From Azolla caroliniana (Eukaryota; Plantae; Polypodiophyta), in the NCBI GenBank assembly GCA_043228905.1, contig JBHGNT010000005.1, forward strand, positions 12,648,001 through 12,712,000: a stretch of DNA of 64,000 nt. The letters are read 5' to 3'. A program made the translations under genes and the position numbers. Positions 60,801-64,000 of this stretch are shown piece by piece (within the stretch, counting starts at the first letter, position 1; every line of letters starts with the position of its first letter). Below the pieces are notes generated by a model, which worked only from the letters and a program-made list of their open reading frames with translations, was not told the DNA's origin and did not search any database.

Positions 60801-62470
60801 TGATGTTGTTAAAGCTCATACCAACCACTTAAGTTCATGTGAATGCACTTTTCCTTCACATTTACTTGGGCCTAATGATTTATTCCAAGTAGTCGGGTAT
60901 ATCAATGGAACACAAACACATTTCTTGTTTGATTCTTGTAGTTCTCACAATTTTCTTAATGATCACCTTGTGCAGCAAATGGAACTCCACATAAACACAA
61001 GTGATCATATCTATCAAGTTCACATGGCAAATGGAAGTGTTCAATACATCAGTGGCATTGTTTGTCAACTGCCAATTCAAATAGATAACTATTTGGAGAA
61101 GCTTGACTTTCATGTTATGAAACTACAATCCGCAAATGTCATTTTAGGATACCCTTGGTTTTTTAATAAAAACCCTTCTTTGTCCATTGATTGGGTTAAT
61201 CACTCAATCACATTTGAACTTAATAATTGTAAACATTTTATTCAATGTTCCAAACTTCCTTCTCGTTCACTTGTGGCTTCTAAATCTTTAAGTGAGTATT
61301 CAAGTTCATTAATTTATTCGTGTGTAATTGATCCTGCGCTTCAATTTTATTATTTTAATATTGACGCCACACAATTACCACATAATGAACAACGATTACT
61401 CGACTCTATTTTAGACGATTTTCAAGACGTATTTCCTAACGAATTGCTACTTACTTTACCACCAAAATGTAATGTGGACCATGAAATTGAACTCATTCCT
61501 GGTGTTGCTCCTGTGAGCATTCCACCTTACTGACTTAGTCGATTAGAAGAGGATGAGATCGCTAAACAACTTAAGGAATGCTTGAGTATGGGCCACATTA
61601 GGTATAGTAAATCACCTTGGGGTGCGCCAATTCTATTAGTTAAGAAGAAGGAAGGTTCATGGCGAATGTGTATCAATTATTGCCGTTTGAATAAAATGAC
61701 AATTAAAAATGCATATCCGTTACCTCATGCTGATGATTTGATTGATCCTTTGCATGGGCCCCGATATTTTACGAAAATTGACTTACGGACAGGTTATCAT
61801 CAGATTCGCATTGCCGAGGATGATATTCCTAAAACCGCTTTTTGTACGCACTATGGCCATTATGAGTTTTTAGTCATGCCTTTCGGGTTGACTAATGCTC
61901 CAGCTACATTCCAACAAGAGATGAAATTATGACGTTTTCGGAGATCAACTCGGTGATTTTGTTGTCATCTTCCAATGGATTACCGATGGATATTGTTAGT
62001 GATCGAGATTCCAAGTTTACTAGTGACTTTTGGACTCAAGTCTTTAAGAAACTAGAAACTACGTTGAGCATGAGTTCCGCAGATCATCCTCAGTCTGATG
62101 GAGAAACTGAACGAGTTAATCAAATTATTGAAGACATGCTTCGAGCTTATGTAGCAAAAACCCCTTCTAAGTGGGAGCAATACCTTCCTATCTTAGAATT
62201 TGCCTATTATAGCTCTAAACATACATCCACTAGATATAGTCCTTTTATGTTGATGTATGGTTTTTAGCCACGTGCCCTAGTTGATGTCACGATTCATCGT
62301 GATACATTAGACAATACACACAATTTTTTGCAAGACATGAACCAAATGTTGTATATTGCCAAAGAGAATGTCAAGACAACTCAAGATCATGCTTGATTTT
62401 ATGTTGATCAGGATAGACATCCTCGTGCATTTACTATTGGTCAAAAAGTTTTTTTAAGATTGCTTAAAGT
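57806..62470 (+). mobile_element. Degenerate chromovirus-type gypsy element J (5' LTR 57806-58278; internal deletion; 3'-truncated)
   Basis: TG...CA LTR; iMet PBS TGGTATCAGAGC 58280-58291; gag (~59872), CAYCKKRGHTKDTC knuckle, FLFDSCSSHNF protease, RT ([25 protein letters not shown]) fused to the integrase core (SDRDSKF, HPQSDGETER). Confidence 0.88.
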
Positions 62471-63983
62471 GTGCGACACTTCATCGGGGGTTGTTTGGGG
62501 TGGACTCAAGTTTAGATCTTATTTGTATGTCTAAACATAAGTAATGATATAGTTTTAGAAGAATAGAAAAGTGAGGGCATGGGTGGGGGTTAGGGGAGTG
62601 TAGCTTGTTGAAGTTATCAAAAGTATTTAAACCTAATCAAAGTTTTTAGAACATATTAAAGATCATTGGGATAACTTAAGTTATTAGACACCAATAAAGT
62701 ACTATTAAAACACCAATATAGAGTATTATTAAAACGGGACCACACGCTTAGATGAACGGGAGTTGTTTAAACACACGCTTAAGCAAACACTTAAAAGAAA
62801 GATTATTATAAAAAAATAAAAATAAAAATAGAAAAGAGAGATTGAGATTAAAAAATGATTATGGTTAAGAAGGGATTATGATTAAGGGGGAAGGGGTTTC
62901 TAAACAAAGTACTTAAACGAATGTTTAAACAAATATTTAGATAAGAAAACACTTGGGCAAACACTTAACGCAAGGTTATGATTAAAAGAGAAGGGAGGGA
63001 TTATGGTTAAAGAAAAGGGGTCATGGTTGAGAAGAGAATGATTATGATTAAGAGAGGAGAATACTTAAACAAATGTTTAAACAAAAAGTTAAACCTAAAA
63101 ATGATTGAACAAGTACTTAAAAAAAAGGGGGTTAAACAAGTACGTAATAAAAATGATTATTAAACAAGTACTTAATAGAAAATGATTAAATAAATACTTA
63201 AAAACTTAAGACAAAAAAAATTTGATAAAAAAGTGATTAAACAAGTACTTAATAAAAATTTATTAAATAAGTACTTAAGAACTTAAAACAAAAAATTAGA
63301 TAAGAGCAACACATAGAGGGAAAGAAAGTTTTACTATCATAAGGCAACGATCGGCAAATGCATTTCGCCTCGATGGAGGCTCTTCAGTGCCCGATGTACA
63401 AATGATGAAAACTAAGCCTACTAGGTTGCTCTTTTTATAGGGAGAGGGAGGAGAGTCCTTTGTATGTGGGACATACAAAAGTGTGTACAAAAAGAAGGTA
63501 AAAGAGTGTACACAAGACTTTAGGTGGGGGTTAAGAGGGGTGAGAGTACATAAAACATTAGGTGGGGGGAAAGGATGCGTGTACTAGGTGGTTTCTTAGT
63601 TTTTTACCATTTAGCCAACACGTGAGAGGGGGTGTAAGGGAACTGTATTGTGGTTGTCCTAGAAGGGGTTTAAGTTTGTTTCTCACGAGCGCTCCGATTT
63701 GGAGTTTTTTGATACATGGGGAGTAACGAAGCTTAAAAACAATGGGTGGAGGTTTTTTGTTGTTGGGTTGGTTAGAGAGTAGTTGGTTTCGTATGGAGTA
63801 GGGGACGGTCGAAAAACACTTGAGTAGGAACTTCGATGGGTAGCCCCTAGCTCTTAGGCGGTCATAGAACTTTTTGCGTAGTTCCATGTAGCCATTTTCC
63901 GAGCTCTCCCGGATAGCATACCATTTTAGTTCTCCCGTGATGAAGCCCTTTTTGTGTGCTATGGGGTGCGAGGATTTCTACGG
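62470..63983 (-). mobile_element. 3' part of a Penelope-like retroelement (RT thumb, 3' region with AT-rich repeats)
   Basis: SSHPIAHKKGFITGELKWY...FYDRLRARGYP...KKLRNHLVHAS matches the PLE thumb/linker pattern; adjacent hammerhead ribozyme; repeated TTAAACAAGTACTTAA units. Left boundary approximate. Confidence 0.75.
63350..63395 (-). ncRNA. Minimal type I hammerhead ribozyme
   Basis: Minus strand: AUCGGGCA CUGAAGA GCCUC-CAUC-GAGGC GAAA UGCA UU UGCCGAU. It has the CUGANGA/GAAA core, a perfect 5-bp stem II, palindromic stem III (AUGCAU), an NUH triplet (AUU) and stem I. Confidence 0.85.
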
Positions 63984-64000
63984 TGTCGCGTTACTACGCG

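Overview
Eukaryotic genomic DNA, most likely from a non-seed land plant (inferred from the gene structure and TE families). One host gene, a 10-exon cytosolic tyrosyl-tRNA synthetase (34899-39614, +) with a U12-type minor intron, lies between two blocks of nested retroelements. Left block: a degenerate gypsy element (A) carrying a solo LTR and a very young full-length Athila-like gypsy (B, 6899-16702), a copia (E) whose LTR holds a three-LTR internally inverted copia (F), further gypsy and copia remnants, and a LINE. Right block: a remnant (D) related to B, a copia (H) whose LTR holds a sibling of B (C, 46885-56768), a chromovirus-type gypsy (J), and the 3' end of a Penelope-like element with a minimal hammerhead ribozyme. 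Most notable signal: B, C and D lack a polypurine tract. Instead, all three carry a copy of a tRNA-Arg-like 3' end (GTCCCACGGGCGTGCCA) exactly 2 nt before the 3' LTR, i.e. a second, opposite-strand primer-binding site. This suggests tRNA priming of both DNA strands. The same family also encodes a large coiled-coil third ORF. All alignments and mismatch counts were made by eye.
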